Shown: piece by piece, positions 10,245-21,344 of the stretch | Position numbering within the stretch: position 1 is the stretch's first letter | How the letters are laid out: each line of letters starts with the position of its first letter | NCBI GenBank assembly: GCA_963708135.1 | Contig: OY970192.1 | Coordinates: forward strand, 2,688,001-2,752,000 | Reading direction: 5' to 3' | Length of the DNA: 64,000 nucleotides | Source of the DNA: an uncultured Gemmatimonadales bacterium | GTDB taxonomy: Bacteria > Gemmatimonadota > Gemmatimonadetes > Longimicrobiales > RSA9 | Translations under genes and position numbers: made by a program | Notes under the pieces: model-generated | The model's database searches: none | The model's input: only the letters and a program-made list of their open reading frames with translations | Told to the model about the DNA's origin: nothing

Positions 10245-11500
10245 CACGATCCCGCCTCCGCCGGCGCGAGGCCGGCCGCCACCCCTCGGTACAGCTCCGC
10301 GAGCCGGAGGTTCAGCGCGGCGACGTCGAACTCCGCCTCGATCCTCGCCCGCGCGGCGCGGCCCAGCACCGGCCAGCGCTCGGCGTGCGTGATCAGGGCG
10401 GTGAGCGCGGCGGAGAGCGCGCCTTCGTCGCCCTCCGGGACGAGCACGCCGGTCTCGCCGTCGCGCACGAGCTCGGGGATGCCGGCGTGCGCCGTGGAGA
10501 GCACCGGCGTGCCGCTCGCCATCGCCTCCATCAGAGCGACGGGGATCCCCTCTTCGTCGCCGTCGGACGCGGTGCGGCTGGGCAGGACGAAGAGGTGCGC
10601 CCGGCGGATCGCCTCCGCCACCTCGGGGTGCGGCAGCGCACCACGGAACTCGACGACGCCGTCGAGCCCGAGACGGCGGCTCTCGGCCTCGAGCGACTCC
10701 CGCAGTGGACCGGCGCCGACGACCTCGTAGCGGACCGGCGGCGCGGCGGCGCCGAGCACGGCGAGGGCGCGCAGCACGAGGTCGATTCCCTTCTTCTCGA
10801 CGAGGCGCGCGACGCTGAGCAGGCGCACGACGCCGTCCGCCGTGGGCTCGCGCGGCGAGAAGCGGAAGCGGGCCAGGTCGATGCCCATGCGGTGCACCAC
10901 GATGCGGGAGGGTGGGCAGCCCAGCGCGACCAGCCGTTCGCGACCGTGCTCGCCGACGGGCAGGAAGAGATCGCCGTCGCGGAAGAGGCCACGGTAGACG
11001 TCCGGGCCGTGCTCGCGGACGAACCGGCCCATGTCGTAGCCCTGCATCGTCGTGACGAGGGCGCCACGGAGCAGCCCGGCCCGGCGTAGCATCAGGGCCC
11101 GAAGCCCGCTCGGCCCGAAGTGGGCGTGTACGACGTCGAAGCGGCGCAGGCGGAACCCCAGGGCGCGGGCGTAACGGGGGATCGAGAGCGCGGCCGGCAG
11201 CCGGGGCGCGAGACTCCGCCACGCACGGGCGGCCGGAGCGGCGTCCTCCGCCGACAGCTCGCCGGCCGGATCGGAGCTCGCCGAAGCAGGTGCGGCCCCG
11301 TGGTGGACGAAGGTCACGCGGCGCTCGAGGCCGAGCCCGGCGAGCGCGGGGTCGCACGTCCAGTCTCCGGGCCGGTCCGACAGGACGCTCACGTCGTGGC
11401 CAAGCGAGAGCAGCCCCGCGACCTGGTTCGAGACGAAGGTCTCCGACACCGTCGGGAAACGCGAGACGACGAAGCAGATACGCAAGGGCGGGCCGCGCAT
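10244..11500 (-). CDS. GT4 glycosyltransferase, WcaL-like
   Basis: FPTVSETFV, HAHFG, HRMGID, RLVEKKG, EGIPVALMEAMA. Confidence 0.9.
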   Translation of the reverse strand: MRGPPLRICFVVSRFPTVSETFVSNQVAGLLSLGHDVSVLSDRPGDWTCDPALAGLGLERRVTFVHHGAAPASASSDPAGELSAEDAAPAARAWRSLAPRLPAALSIPRYARALGFRLRRFDVVHAHFGPSGLRALMLRRAGLLRGALVTTMQGYDMGRFVREHGPDVYRGLFRDGDLFLPVGEHGRERLVALGCPPSRIVVHRMGIDLARFRFSPREPTADGVVRLLSVARLVEKKGIDLVLRALAVLGAAAPPVRYEVVGAGPLRESLEAESRRLGLDGVVEFRGALPHPEVAEAIRRAHLFVLPSRTASDGDEEGIPVALMEAMASGTPVLSTAHAGIPELVRDGETGVLVPEGDEGALSAALTALITHAERWPVLGRAARARIEAEFDVAALNLRLAELYRGVAAGLAPAEAGS

Positions 11501-11501
11501 C

Positions 11502-12221
11502 TCAGCGCGCCTCGCGGAGGAGTGTGGCCACGAAGATCCCCTGGCCGCAGACGGCTGGATCGACCCGCCGGGCAGCCCGCACGCTCCCCAGCATTCCCGC
11601 CTCGCCGTGCGCGAGATGGCGTACGCGCAACGGACGAAATCCGCGCGAAAACAGACGCGCAACGCTCTCCCAGGACAGCCGCACGGGCTCCAGCAGCGTG
11701 GGCGGACGCCCGATGTCCACCATTAGGAGGAAATGCCCGCCCGGGCGGAGCACGCGGCGGATCTCACTGACCGTGGGCTCGAGAGCGTCCACATGGTCCA
11801 GGGCATTGCATGAGACGACAATGTCGAAGGCGGCATCGCAAAACGGTATCGCGCTCGCGGACGCGGCGGCATAATCCATTGCATGCTCGGTGCTGCCGAG
11901 CCGCCGATACTCCCACGCCAGCGGATCGAGGCCCACGCGCACCGCTGCGCCGGTGGCCCACTCGAGGCTACCCCGGGGTCCGCAACCGAGGTCGAGCACT
12001 CGTGCGCCGTCATACAGGTCGCGCTCGATGCCGAAGGGGCGCGTCATGAGGAAGGCATAGTGGCCGTTCGCGAGCACACCTTCGCGTTCCCTCCGCGCCT
12101 GCCAATACCTGAGCTCGCCGAGCCGCTTCGTGCGGAGTGGATCGAGGCGCAGCAGCCGCCGAATCGGGACCCGATCGCCGACCCACGAGAGGAGGCGCCG
12201 GACGGAGCTCACGGGCGTCAT
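11502..12221 (-). CDS. class I SAM-dependent methyltransferase
   Basis: VLDLGCGPRG, FDIVVSCNALDHV, EIRRVLRPGG. Confidence 0.85.
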   Translation of the reverse strand: MTPVSSVRRLLSWVGDRVPIRRLLRLDPLRTKRLGELRYWQARREREGVLANGHYAFLMTRPFGIERDLYDGARVLDLGCGPRGSLEWATGAAVRVGLDPLAWEYRRLGSTEHAMDYAAASASAIPFCDAAFDIVVSCNALDHVDALEPTVSEIRRVLRPGGHFLLMVDIGRPPTLLEPVRLSWESVARLFSRGFRPLRVRHLAHGEAGMLGSVRAARRVDPAVCGQGIFVATLLREAR

Positions 12222-12322
12222 TGGGTAGCTCCCCGCAGCAGAACGGGTCCAGGGGCCGTGCGCACGCCGCAGGCGCCTTCGAGCCCGGATACGGAGTTTC
12301 CCACCGGCATCAGGGCGTCATC

Positions 12323-13876
12323 TTAACGGAGATCCCAGTCCAGGGGGAGGCGTGCTCGCGCCAGCCACCATTTCGCAAGCGGCCGCGCCCAGCGCACCGG
12401 CACCGAGTCGCCGGGCGCGGCGGCGAGGGCGCGTAGGCCGTCCGCGCCGAGCGAGCCCGTGGCCAGGAGCAGCAGCGGCAGGGCGGCGGCGAGGAGCCAG
12501 CGCCAGAGCCGCGCGTCCGGGGCAAGCGCGAGGAGCGCAACCGTCAGCACGGCGGGCAGCGCCAGGCGCACGGGCGGCGCGGCCAGCGCGCGGCGCGGGA
12601 TCGTCGAGATGCGCGGCAGGTGGACCCAGAAGAGGAGCAGCCCGCCCGCGAAGTAGGCGACCTCGACGGCCGCCGCGCCGGCGGCGCCCGCCGCCACCAC
12701 CGCCACCGGCATCAGCAGGAGCATCGGCACGAGCCGGAGCACCATCAGGCGGAGCAGCACCGGCGTGCGCTCGCGGACGTAGTAGAACGTCCCCCAGACG
12801 TTCGTCATGAGTCGGAACGGCAGCTGGAAGGCGTAGATCTGGAGCACGGGCACCGCGGGCGCGAAGCCGGCCCCGCCGACGATCTGGATGACATCGGGCG
12901 CGAGGACGAACAGGCCGAGGCCGGCGAGGAGCCCGAGCGGCCCCACCCACGCGGCCACCGCGGCGAGCGCGGCCCCGAGGCGCGGCTCGGCCTCGGCCTC
13001 GCTCCACTCGGAGAGGGTCGGCACGAGCACCACGCGGAACTGGCCGAGCACCCCCGAGACCTGCTCGATCAGGTTCTTGGCGAGCGAGAAGTAGCCGACC
13101 ACGGCCACCGGCGCGAGCGCGCCGAGGATCACCCGGGCGGCATGACGGTAGGCCAGCTCTGCGGCCGAGTTGCCCCACAGTGGCCAGGTATAGCGCCAGA
13201 GCCGGCCGAGGTCCTCGCGGGGCGCAGGGGCAGCTGCGGCAGGTCCCGATGTGGCCGCCGCGAGTGCGCGGGCGGCCGCACCCAGAAAGGCGCCGGCCGC
13301 GGCGAGGTGCAGCCCCATGCTGAGCGCGAAGAAGGTCGGCAGGTCCAGGTCGAGGACGACGGTGAGCACGGCCAGCAGCAGGGCCACCGCGCTGGAGAGC
13401 AGACCAAAGAGAGCCGGCATGCCGAAGCGGCCGAGCCCGAGGAAGGTGCCGGCCGCGACGGCCTCGGCGGCGAGCGCGAACAGCAGCAGCGCGCCGACGC
13501 GGAGCAGGAACGCCGGCAGCACGCCGCCGGCGTAGTCACGCGTCAACACGGGCGCCACGAAGAAGAGGGCGCCGGCCACCAGCAGGGCGAGCGTGAGTCG
13601 TGCCGAAAGCACCAAAGCGAACAGGTGGCGCGCGGAGCGGTGCTCGCCCCGCGCGACGCGCTCGGGGAGGAACCGGCGGAGCGCCTCCTCGGAGCTGCCC
13701 GTGGCGATGGCGCAGAGCCCGACCACCCCGAGCGCCAGCATGTAGACGCCGAACCCCGCCGGCCCGAAGTGACGCACGAGCAGCACGGCAGAAAGCAGTG
13801 CGGCCAGGCCGCTCGCGACCTGCCGCAGCGCCAGGTACGAGACGCCGGCGAACACCTTCTCAGCCGCGGAAGCCAT
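12323..13876 (-). CDS. oligosaccharide flippase (Wzx/MOP family)
   Basis: Many TM helices; LVRHFGPAGFGVY, VVGYFSLA, typical Wzx layout. Confidence 0.8.
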   Translation of the reverse strand: MASAAEKVFAGVSYLALRQVASGLAALLSAVLLVRHFGPAGFGVYMLALGVVGLCAIATGSSEEALRRFLPERVARGEHRSARHLFALVLSARLTLALLVAGALFFVAPVLTRDYAGGVLPAFLLRVGALLLFALAAEAVAAGTFLGLGRFGMPALFGLLSSAVALLLAVLTVVLDLDLPTFFALSMGLHLAAAGAFLGAAARALAAATSGPAAAAPAPREDLGRLWRYTWPLWGNSAAELAYRHAARVILGALAPVAVVGYFSLAKNLIEQVSGVLGQFRVVLVPTLSEWSEAEAEPRLGAALAAVAAWVGPLGLLAGLGLFVLAPDVIQIVGGAGFAPAVPVLQIYAFQLPFRLMTNVWGTFYYVRERTPVLLRLMVLRLVPMLLLMPVAVVAAGAAGAAAVEVAYFAGGLLLFWVHLPRISTIPRRALAAPPVRLALPAVLTVALLALAPDARLWRWLLAAALPLLLLATGSLGADGLRALAAAPGDSVPVRWARPLAKWWLARARLPLDWDLR

Positions 13877-14678
13877 TGCCGTCACCGAACAGAAGTGCGC
13901 CGATCCAGCGGCGCGACGCGGCCGCCTGCGCGGCCGATCGGACGAGCGCCGCGCGCGTCCCGCGCACCGCGAGGTCGTGCCACGCCGCGAGGAGGTAGCG
14001 CGTCCCGGCCGGGATGCGGTCGGCGTAGTAGGCGTCGAAGGACGCGGACAGCTCCGGGCACAGATCCCGCACGCGCCGTCGCACGCGCCGGGTCGTGTAC
14101 TTGAAGAGCGGCGCGCTCCGGACGTCGCGGCCCTGGACGTTGCCGAAGCCCCAGCCACGCCGGTAGTGGTCGGCGCACCAGGGGCTCAGGCGGCTGTTTA
14201 AGGCGAGGATCTCCTCCTGGCCGCGCGGGAAGCCGTAGTACGCCTCGTCGGCGCTCACGCCAATGCCGCGCAGCGCCGCCACCGTCTCGTCGGTCTCCCG
14301 CACGAAGTCCTCGTAGCGCAGCACGAGGTCGAAGCGGGCGCGCTCATGGTAGCACGCCTCCAGCCGGGCGAACTTCTCGTCCACCGGTCCGCCCTGCTCC
14401 GCGTACTCCTTGCGGGCGAGCGCCATGTAATTCTGCGCCGGATCGCGCAGGACCAGAATCGTCCGGTCCGGATGGAAGCTGCGCGCGTGGTCGTCGAAGG
14501 CGTAGCGCGTGGTCACCACGCACTTGGCCACGACGTGCGCCGCGCCGGGGGCGTCGAGAGGCGGCACGAGCTCGCCGTTGTGCACATCGACCACGCCCAC
14601 GGTGTCGGCCGCCTGGGCCAGCCAGAACGCCACCAGCGACGCGCCGCTGGACTGCATGCCGTAGAGGAGGACGCGCAT
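13860..14678 (-). CDS. sulfotransferase-like P-loop protein
   Basis: MRVLLYGMQSSGAS (5'-PSB-like), ILVLRDP (3'-PB-like), LVLRYEDF. Confidence 0.55.
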   Translation of the reverse strand: MRVLLYGMQSSGASLVAFWLAQAADTVGVVDVHNGELVPPLDAPGAAHVVAKCVVTTRYAFDDHARSFHPDRTILVLRDPAQNYMALARKEYAEQGGPVDEKFARLEACYHERARFDLVLRYEDFVRETDETVAALRGIGVSADEAYYGFPRGQEEILALNSRLSPWCADHYRRGWGFGNVQGRDVRSAPLFKYTTRRVRRRVRDLCPELSASFDAYYADRIPAGTRYLLAAWHDLAVRGTRAALVRSAAQAAASRRWIGALLFGDGNGFRG

Positions 14679-14680
14679 GC

Positions 14681-15580
14681 TCAGGCGCTCCGCTTCTCCG
14701 GCTCCTTCACCCGCCCGCGCTCCACCGTGCGCGTCCGCCGCCCCGCCTGGAACCCCGCCCACCGCACGAACTCGTACGCCAGCAGCTGCGGCAGCCGGTG
14801 CACGTGGCCCTGCCTCACGAAGTAGACGATCTCGCCGGAGAGGAAGCGCGCGGACTCGCGCAGCGTCGCGCCGCCGTCGATGCCGTAGCTCTCTAGGGCG
14901 TGGCCGATCAGGTAGGTGCGCCGGAACAGCCCGCGCATGGTGTAGCTGTGGGCGTGGAGCGCCTCGGCGGCGGGCTCGTAGCGCAGCGAGTAGCCGGCGC
15001 GGAGCACCTGGTGCGCCCAGATCACGTCCTCGGTGTAGGGCGCCTCCTCGGGGAACGGCACGGCGAGGGCGACGTCGCGGCGGAGCGCGCTGAAGGCGTT
15101 GGAGAAGAGCACGCGCCCCGGCCGCGGGTGATGCCCGCCGGGCCGCGGGTCGAAGCGCAGCGGCGTCTCCGGGTAGTTCAGGGCGACGAAGAACATCTCC
15201 ATGGTGTTCGCGTCGCGGGGGACCTGTCGGCCGTAGACGCCGGCGACGGCCGGATCCTCGAGCGCGGCGGCGAAGCGCAGCGGCCAGTCGGGCGTGCACG
15301 GGAGCACGTCGTGGGTGATGAAGCAGACGATGTCGCCGGAGGCGAGACGGACGCCGAGGTTGCGCGTGCGGCCGTGGCCGAACTCGGAGGGCGGGATCCG
15401 GTGCACCCGGAAGCCGGCGCGCTCGGAGTCCTCGGCCGTGGCATCGCTCGAGCCGGAATCGATGACGAGCACCTCGAGGTCGTAGCGGTCGCGCACGTGC
15501 TCGAGGTGGCGGCGCAGATGGGCGTACACCGGGCCTCCGTCCTTCACCGGCAGCACCACCGAGATCGAGGGCCGGGGCAT
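14681..15580 (-). CDS. GT2 glycosyltransferase, rhamnosyltransferase-like
   Basis: IDSGSSD, EFGHGRTRN, FITHD, YGRQ, FSN, TED. Confidence 0.85.
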   Translation of the reverse strand: MPRPSISVVLPVKDGGPVYAHLRRHLEHVRDRYDLEVLVIDSGSSDATAEDSERAGFRVHRIPPSEFGHGRTRNLGVRLASGDIVCFITHDVLPCTPDWPLRFAAALEDPAVAGVYGRQVPRDANTMEMFFVALNYPETPLRFDPRPGGHHPRPGRVLFSNAFSALRRDVALAVPFPEEAPYTEDVIWAHQVLRAGYSLRYEPAAEALHAHSYTMRGLFRRTYLIGHALESYGIDGGATLRESARFLSGEIVYFVRQGHVHRLPQLLAYEFVRWAGFQAGRRTRTVERGRVKEPEKRSA

Positions 15581-16761
15581 CAGATCCTGCCGAAGCCCGC
15601 AGAGCGCAGCACGCTCAGGAAGAAGGAGGCGAAGACGACGTCGGCGCCGAGGACCATGAGGGTGAGCGCCAGGAGGGCGGGCCGGACGGCGAAGATGTAG
15701 CCGGCACCCGAAGTCACCCAGCTCGAGAGGATGTAGATGTTGATGGCGAGCCCGGCGCCGAAGAGGAGGCCACCGAGCGTGACGCCGCGCTCGAGCGTGT
15801 AGTGCAGGTGGAAGCGGTGGATCCACAGGTCGTCCACGCCGGGCCCGTGCACGAGCGCGTAGGTCTTCGCGTAGAGCCCGAGCAGGATGAGCTGGAAGCC
15901 GAACATCGCCAGCGCGCCGCCCACGAACATGAAGTGGTAGTCGAAGCGCAGCGGGCCCAGGCGTAGCGGCCCAGGCAGCAGCGCCAGCTCGGCGAGCATC
16001 CCGATGCCGAGGAGCAGCATGCCGGGGATCAGGAAGAGGCGAGTCGGGCTGAGCAGCAGGAGCTGCCGCGCCACGCGCCAGCCATCGCCCATGGCGCGGC
16101 GGGGGGTCCCCGCCGGCCGCGGGCCGAAGCGGACCGGCACCTCGACCACCTCGAGGCGCGCGCGCGCCGCCTCGAGCAGCATCTCGCTGGCGAACTCCAT
16201 GCCCGTGGCACCCAGGTCGAGGCGGGGGAGCACGTCGCGGCGCACGGCGCGCATGCCGCAGCGGACATCGGAGACCTTGAAGCGGAGGAATCGGCGCGAG
16301 AGCCAGTTCTGCACCGGCTCCAGCAGGTGCCGGTGGTGGGCGCCCATCGCGCGCGGCAGCATGAGCCCGTCGCGGCGGGTGCCGAGCACCAGCTCGTAGC
16401 CGGCGCGCAGCGGCTCGATGAAGCGAGGAAGCGCGGAGAGGTCGTAGGTGCCATCGCCATCGGCCAGCACGAGGTACTGCCCGCCCGCGGCCTCGAGCCC
16501 GCGCAGGCAGGCGGCGCCGTAGCCGCGGATCGGCTGCCGGACGACCATGGCGCCCGCGGCGGCCGCCGCCTCGGCGGAGCCGTCCGTCGAGCCGTTGTCG
16601 CAGACGACGACCTCGCCCGCGTAACCCGCGTCGGCCATGACCGTCACCGCGTCGCGAACGCACCCGGCGATCGTCGCCGCCTCGTTGCGGCACGGGATGA
16701 CGACGGAGACCTCGACGGCTCCCGTGGGGACGGGAGGCGTGATGCGCGCGTCCTGGCTCAC
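15580..16761 (-). CDS. DPM1-like GT2 with C-terminal membrane domain
   Basis: VIPCRNE, DNGSTDGS, GYG, DGDGTY, GMEFASEM, followed by 4 TM helices. Confidence 0.85.
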   Translation of the reverse strand: MSQDARITPPVPTGAVEVSVVIPCRNEAATIAGCVRDAVTVMADAGYAGEVVVCDNGSTDGSAEAAAAAGAMVVRQPIRGYGAACLRGLEAAGGQYLVLADGDGTYDLSALPRFIEPLRAGYELVLGTRRDGLMLPRAMGAHHRHLLEPVQNWLSRRFLRFKVSDVRCGMRAVRRDVLPRLDLGATGMEFASEMLLEAARARLEVVEVPVRFGPRPAGTPRRAMGDGWRVARQLLLLSPTRLFLIPGMLLLGIGMLAELALLPGPLRLGPLRFDYHFMFVGGALAMFGFQLILLGLYAKTYALVHGPGVDDLWIHRFHLHYTLERGVTLGGLLFGAGLAINIYILSSWVTSGAGYIFAVRPALLALTLMVLGADVVFASFFLSVLRSAGFGRI

Positions 16762-17647
16762 GGGTGGAAGCCGGGCGGGGCGGGTGCCGGGCGGGCGCGC
16801 CGATCGCGGGCGTCGGCGGCGGGACCATCGCCATCATTGAGCTCGACCGAACGCGACGCGGAGCGAGCCTCGAGGGTCGTGCGCGGTGCCTTCGGTCGGG
16901 TCTCGAGCGCGCGCTCCTCGCCCGCGGCGCGGAACGGCCGTGCGCGCGGGGCGAGCAGATTGTGCCGCAGGATGTGCCAGAAGGCGGCCACGCCATCCTT
17001 CCAGCTGATCTTCTTGCCCTCCGCGTAGGTGCGGCCGCTGTAGCTGATGGGCAACTCGAAGATGCGGGCGCGCGCCTGGGCGAGGCGGGCGGTCAGCTCA
17101 GGCTCGATGCCGAACCGATTCGAGACCAGCGGGAGCGAGGCGAGCAGATCGGCGCGCACCATCTTGTAGCACGTCTCCATGTCCGTCAGGTTCAGGTCCG
17201 TGAGCATGTTGGAGACGAGCGTGAGGAGGCCGTTGCCCACGCTGTGCCAGAAGTAGAGCACGCGGTGCGGTCCACCCAGGAAGCGGCTGCCGAAGACGGC
17301 GTCGGCGCGCCCGTCCAGGATGGGCTCCATCAGGCGGGGCAGGTCGTCCGGGTCATACTCGAGGTCAGCATCCTGGATAACGATGATGTCCCCCGTGGCG
17401 CGCGCGATCCCGGTGCGCACGGCGGCGCCCTTGCCGCGGTTCTCCGGGTGCACCTCGAGTACGTCGATGACGTCGCGGTCGAGCAGCGACTGGAGCACCT
17501 GGCGGGTGCCATCGCGGGAGGCATCATCGACGCAAACGATCTCGATATCGAGCGGGACGGCACGAACGCGTCCCACCGCGCGCGCCACCGTCTGCTCCTC
17601 GTTGTAGACCGGCATGATGACGCTCAGCCGGACATCGTTCCAACGGA

Positions 17648-17651
<4 letters not shown>
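16758..17651 (-). CDS. DPM1-like GT2 glycosyltransferase
   Basis: IMPVYNE, NRGKGAA, QDADLEYDP, TDMETCYK, FGIEPE, EGKKI. Confidence 0.9.
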
Positions 17652-19023
<1,372 letters not shown>

Positions 19024-19024
<1 letters not shown>

Positions 19025-20691
19025 CAGCGCGGCACCCCCGCCGCCGCCGGCACGCCGGCCGGCTCCTCTCGCACTCCCGCCCTTCCCTGCCCCGGGAGGT
19101 AGACCGTGAACTGCGCTCCGCGCTCGCGCCCCGACTCGACGAAGATCGCGCCGCCGTGCGCGACCACGGCCCGGTGCACCAGCGCGAGACCCAGCCCGGT
19201 GCCACCCTTCCGCGTGGTGAAGAAGGGGTCGAAGATGCGCGTCGAATCCTCGATGGCCACGCCCGGTCCCGAGTCGGAGACCACCACCCGCACGGGCTCG
19301 GCGAGCACGACGCCGGCGGGAAGCTCCGACGGCGCCGGCGCGTCGAGCTCGACCCGCACCACCCCACCCTGCCCCGCCTGCTGGGCGCCGTTCAGTACGA
19401 GGTTGAAGATCGCCCGGTGCAGCAGGTCCTCGTCCCCCTCCACCCGCAGCGCGCCCGCGCCCGCCGCGTACTCGAGGCGCACCGAGTCCGAGTCCGGGTG
19501 CCGCTCCACCAGCTCGATCGCCTGCCGCGCCAGCGCCGCCAGGTCCACCCCGCCGCGGCGGCGCAGCTCCAGCCGGCTGAAATCCATGAACTCGGTCAGC
19601 AGCCGCGACAGCCGGTCCGACTCCGTCAGCACCAGCCCGCGCAGCGTGCCCCTGTCGCGCTCCTGCAGCCGGTTGCCGCCAAGCTGCTCGACGGCGCTCC
19701 GGATCGAGGCCAGCGGGTTCCTGATCTCGTGGGCCAGCGACGCGCCCAGCTCCGCCACCGCCTGCAGCCGCTCCGCGCGCCGCGCCAGCTCCTCCAGCCG
19801 CTTGTCCTCCGTGATGTCCTGGAACACCGCGGTCACCCACGGCACCCCCTCCCGCTCCAGGATCGTCGTGCGCGCCCCCACCACCCGCGGCCCCGCCTCC
19901 GCCGTCACCGGCATCCGGATCTCGTACTGGTGGATCGGCGTGCGCCGCGTCGCCGTGTAGGACACGGCCCCACCCAGCCCCGGCGCGGCACGGTCCAGCT
20001 CGTCCACCACCCGCACCCCGCGCCACGTCCGCTCCCGGATGCCCAGCAGCCGCTCCCCCGCCTCGTTCAGGTACACCAGCCGCCCATCCGCGTCCACCGT
20101 GACCAGCCCCGTGTCGATCGCCTGCAGGATGTCCGACGTGTCCAGCCGCAGCTGCTCCAGCTCCGACTCCACCGCCCCCAGCGCCGTGCCCGTCCGCCGC
20201 AGCCGGTCCCCGAGCGCCGCCGTCACCAGCGCCATCGCAGCGAACAGCGCCAGCTGGAGCAGCACGCTCCCCGTCGCCGGGTCCGGCTGCAGCCACGCGA
20301 TGTCCGCCACGTACAGGATCCCCGCCAGCCCGCCGATCAGCATCCCGCCCGGCAGCGGCAGCAGCAGCGCACCCGCCGCGATCACGAGGATGTAGAGCGG
20401 TGGAAACTCGCTCCGCGCCCCGCCCGTGATGTGCACCACGGCCGTGACCACGAGCGTGTCGAAGATCACCTGGAGGTAGAGGAAGTTCCGGCCCGGAAGG
20501 CGGCCCCGCAGCTGCGTGTGCCACAGACTGCCCAGCGTCACCACGATCGACAGCAGCAGCACCAGCGTGGCCACCAGCGTCGTCAGCGGCGTCGTACGCG
20601 GCCACACCAGCAGCGCACCACCGAAGATCCCGGCGGCGAGCGTGAGGCGGCCGAGATACAGCCACCTGAGCGTTCGCAGCGAATGCATCAT
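19024..20691 (-). CDS. PilS-like membrane sensor histidine kinase (TM + PAS + HisKA + HATPase)
   Basis: About six N-terminal TM helices, HEIRNPL, NLVLNG, DSGPG, FFTTRKGGTGLGL. Confidence 0.9.
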
Positions 20692-20776
20692 CGCCTCTCG
20701 CTTGCGACAATCACTTGGGGAGCATGCCCGGGGAAGGCCGCCGTCCGGCTGGGAACCAAAAACGTAGCACCCGCTT

Positions 20777-20811
20777 TTGCAAACTGCAAGACTCGCGATT
20801 GCAAGTTCCAA
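20777..20811. promoter_or_regulatory. tandem palindromic sites TTGCA-N3-TGCAA (candidate enhancer-binding protein UAS)
   Basis: TTGCAAACTGCAA at 20777-20789 and TTGCAAGTTCCAA at 20799-20811, 22 bp apart, in an AT-rich patch. Confidence 0.55.
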
Positions 20812-20813
20812 CA

Positions 20814-21120
20814 GGGAGTGGGGGAGTGGGGGAGTGGGAGACGGGCTGGCGGCGATGCGCGCCGCGAGAGGCCGGGCCGGGAGCGCTCACCGGCGTGCGC
20901 GGTTCCACGGCCGCGCCGCGACGGCGCGCTGCGCGACGGTGGCGCGACGCGGCGGCCCGCGGTGCGCGCCGGGAATCGTCGCCCGCGCGCGCCGGGATCG
21001 GCGCCGCGCACGGTGGCCAGAGGGACGCGGCGTGCGCCGGTATCGTCGCCGCGCACGGTGGCCGGAGGGACGCAGCGCGGGTAGCCGCGGTCCCCCACTC
21101 CCCCACTCCCCCACTCTCGG
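20814..21120. repeat. intergenic element bounded by inverted (GGGGAGT)n/(ACTCCCC)n arms (family C, copy 1)
   Basis: G-rich arm 20814-20840 and C-rich arm ~21091-21118; interior aligns by eye with the reverse complement of 42060-42270. Confidence 0.7.
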
Positions 21121-21205
21121 GGAGGGGCGCGGCCGGGAAGCCAGCCGCCCGGAACACCGCGTTCTTCCGCGGTGTTCCACGCTCATACGCGTCCGATCAG
21201 GGGGG

Positions 21206-21220
21206 TGGTACACGCCTTGC
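21206..21220 (+). promoter_or_regulatory. candidate sigma-54 -24/-12 promoter
   Basis: TGGTACACGCCTTGC = GG-N10-GC with TTGC, about 125 bp upstream of the Omp85 ATG. Confidence 0.6.
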
Positions 21221-21344
21221 GCGCTCGGCCCATTCGCCACGGGGCCGGCGGCCCGGGACGGGGCGGAGGGCTCGGGGAACGGGGTGGGGCGGGGCGGATC
21301 CGGGTGTGGTGGTGGTGGGCAAACTTACACATGAGGGGGTCGGG

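Noticed and set aside
20764..20781. sigma-54 promoter TAGCAC...TTTGC
   Set aside because: It lacks the invariant GG and the spacing is off by one; better read as part of the palindromic box.
20715..21344. N-terminal extension of the Omp85 ORF given by the track
   Set aside because: It runs through regulatory and repeat DNA; the ATG at 21345 has a G-rich RBS-like sequence and starts a signal peptide.
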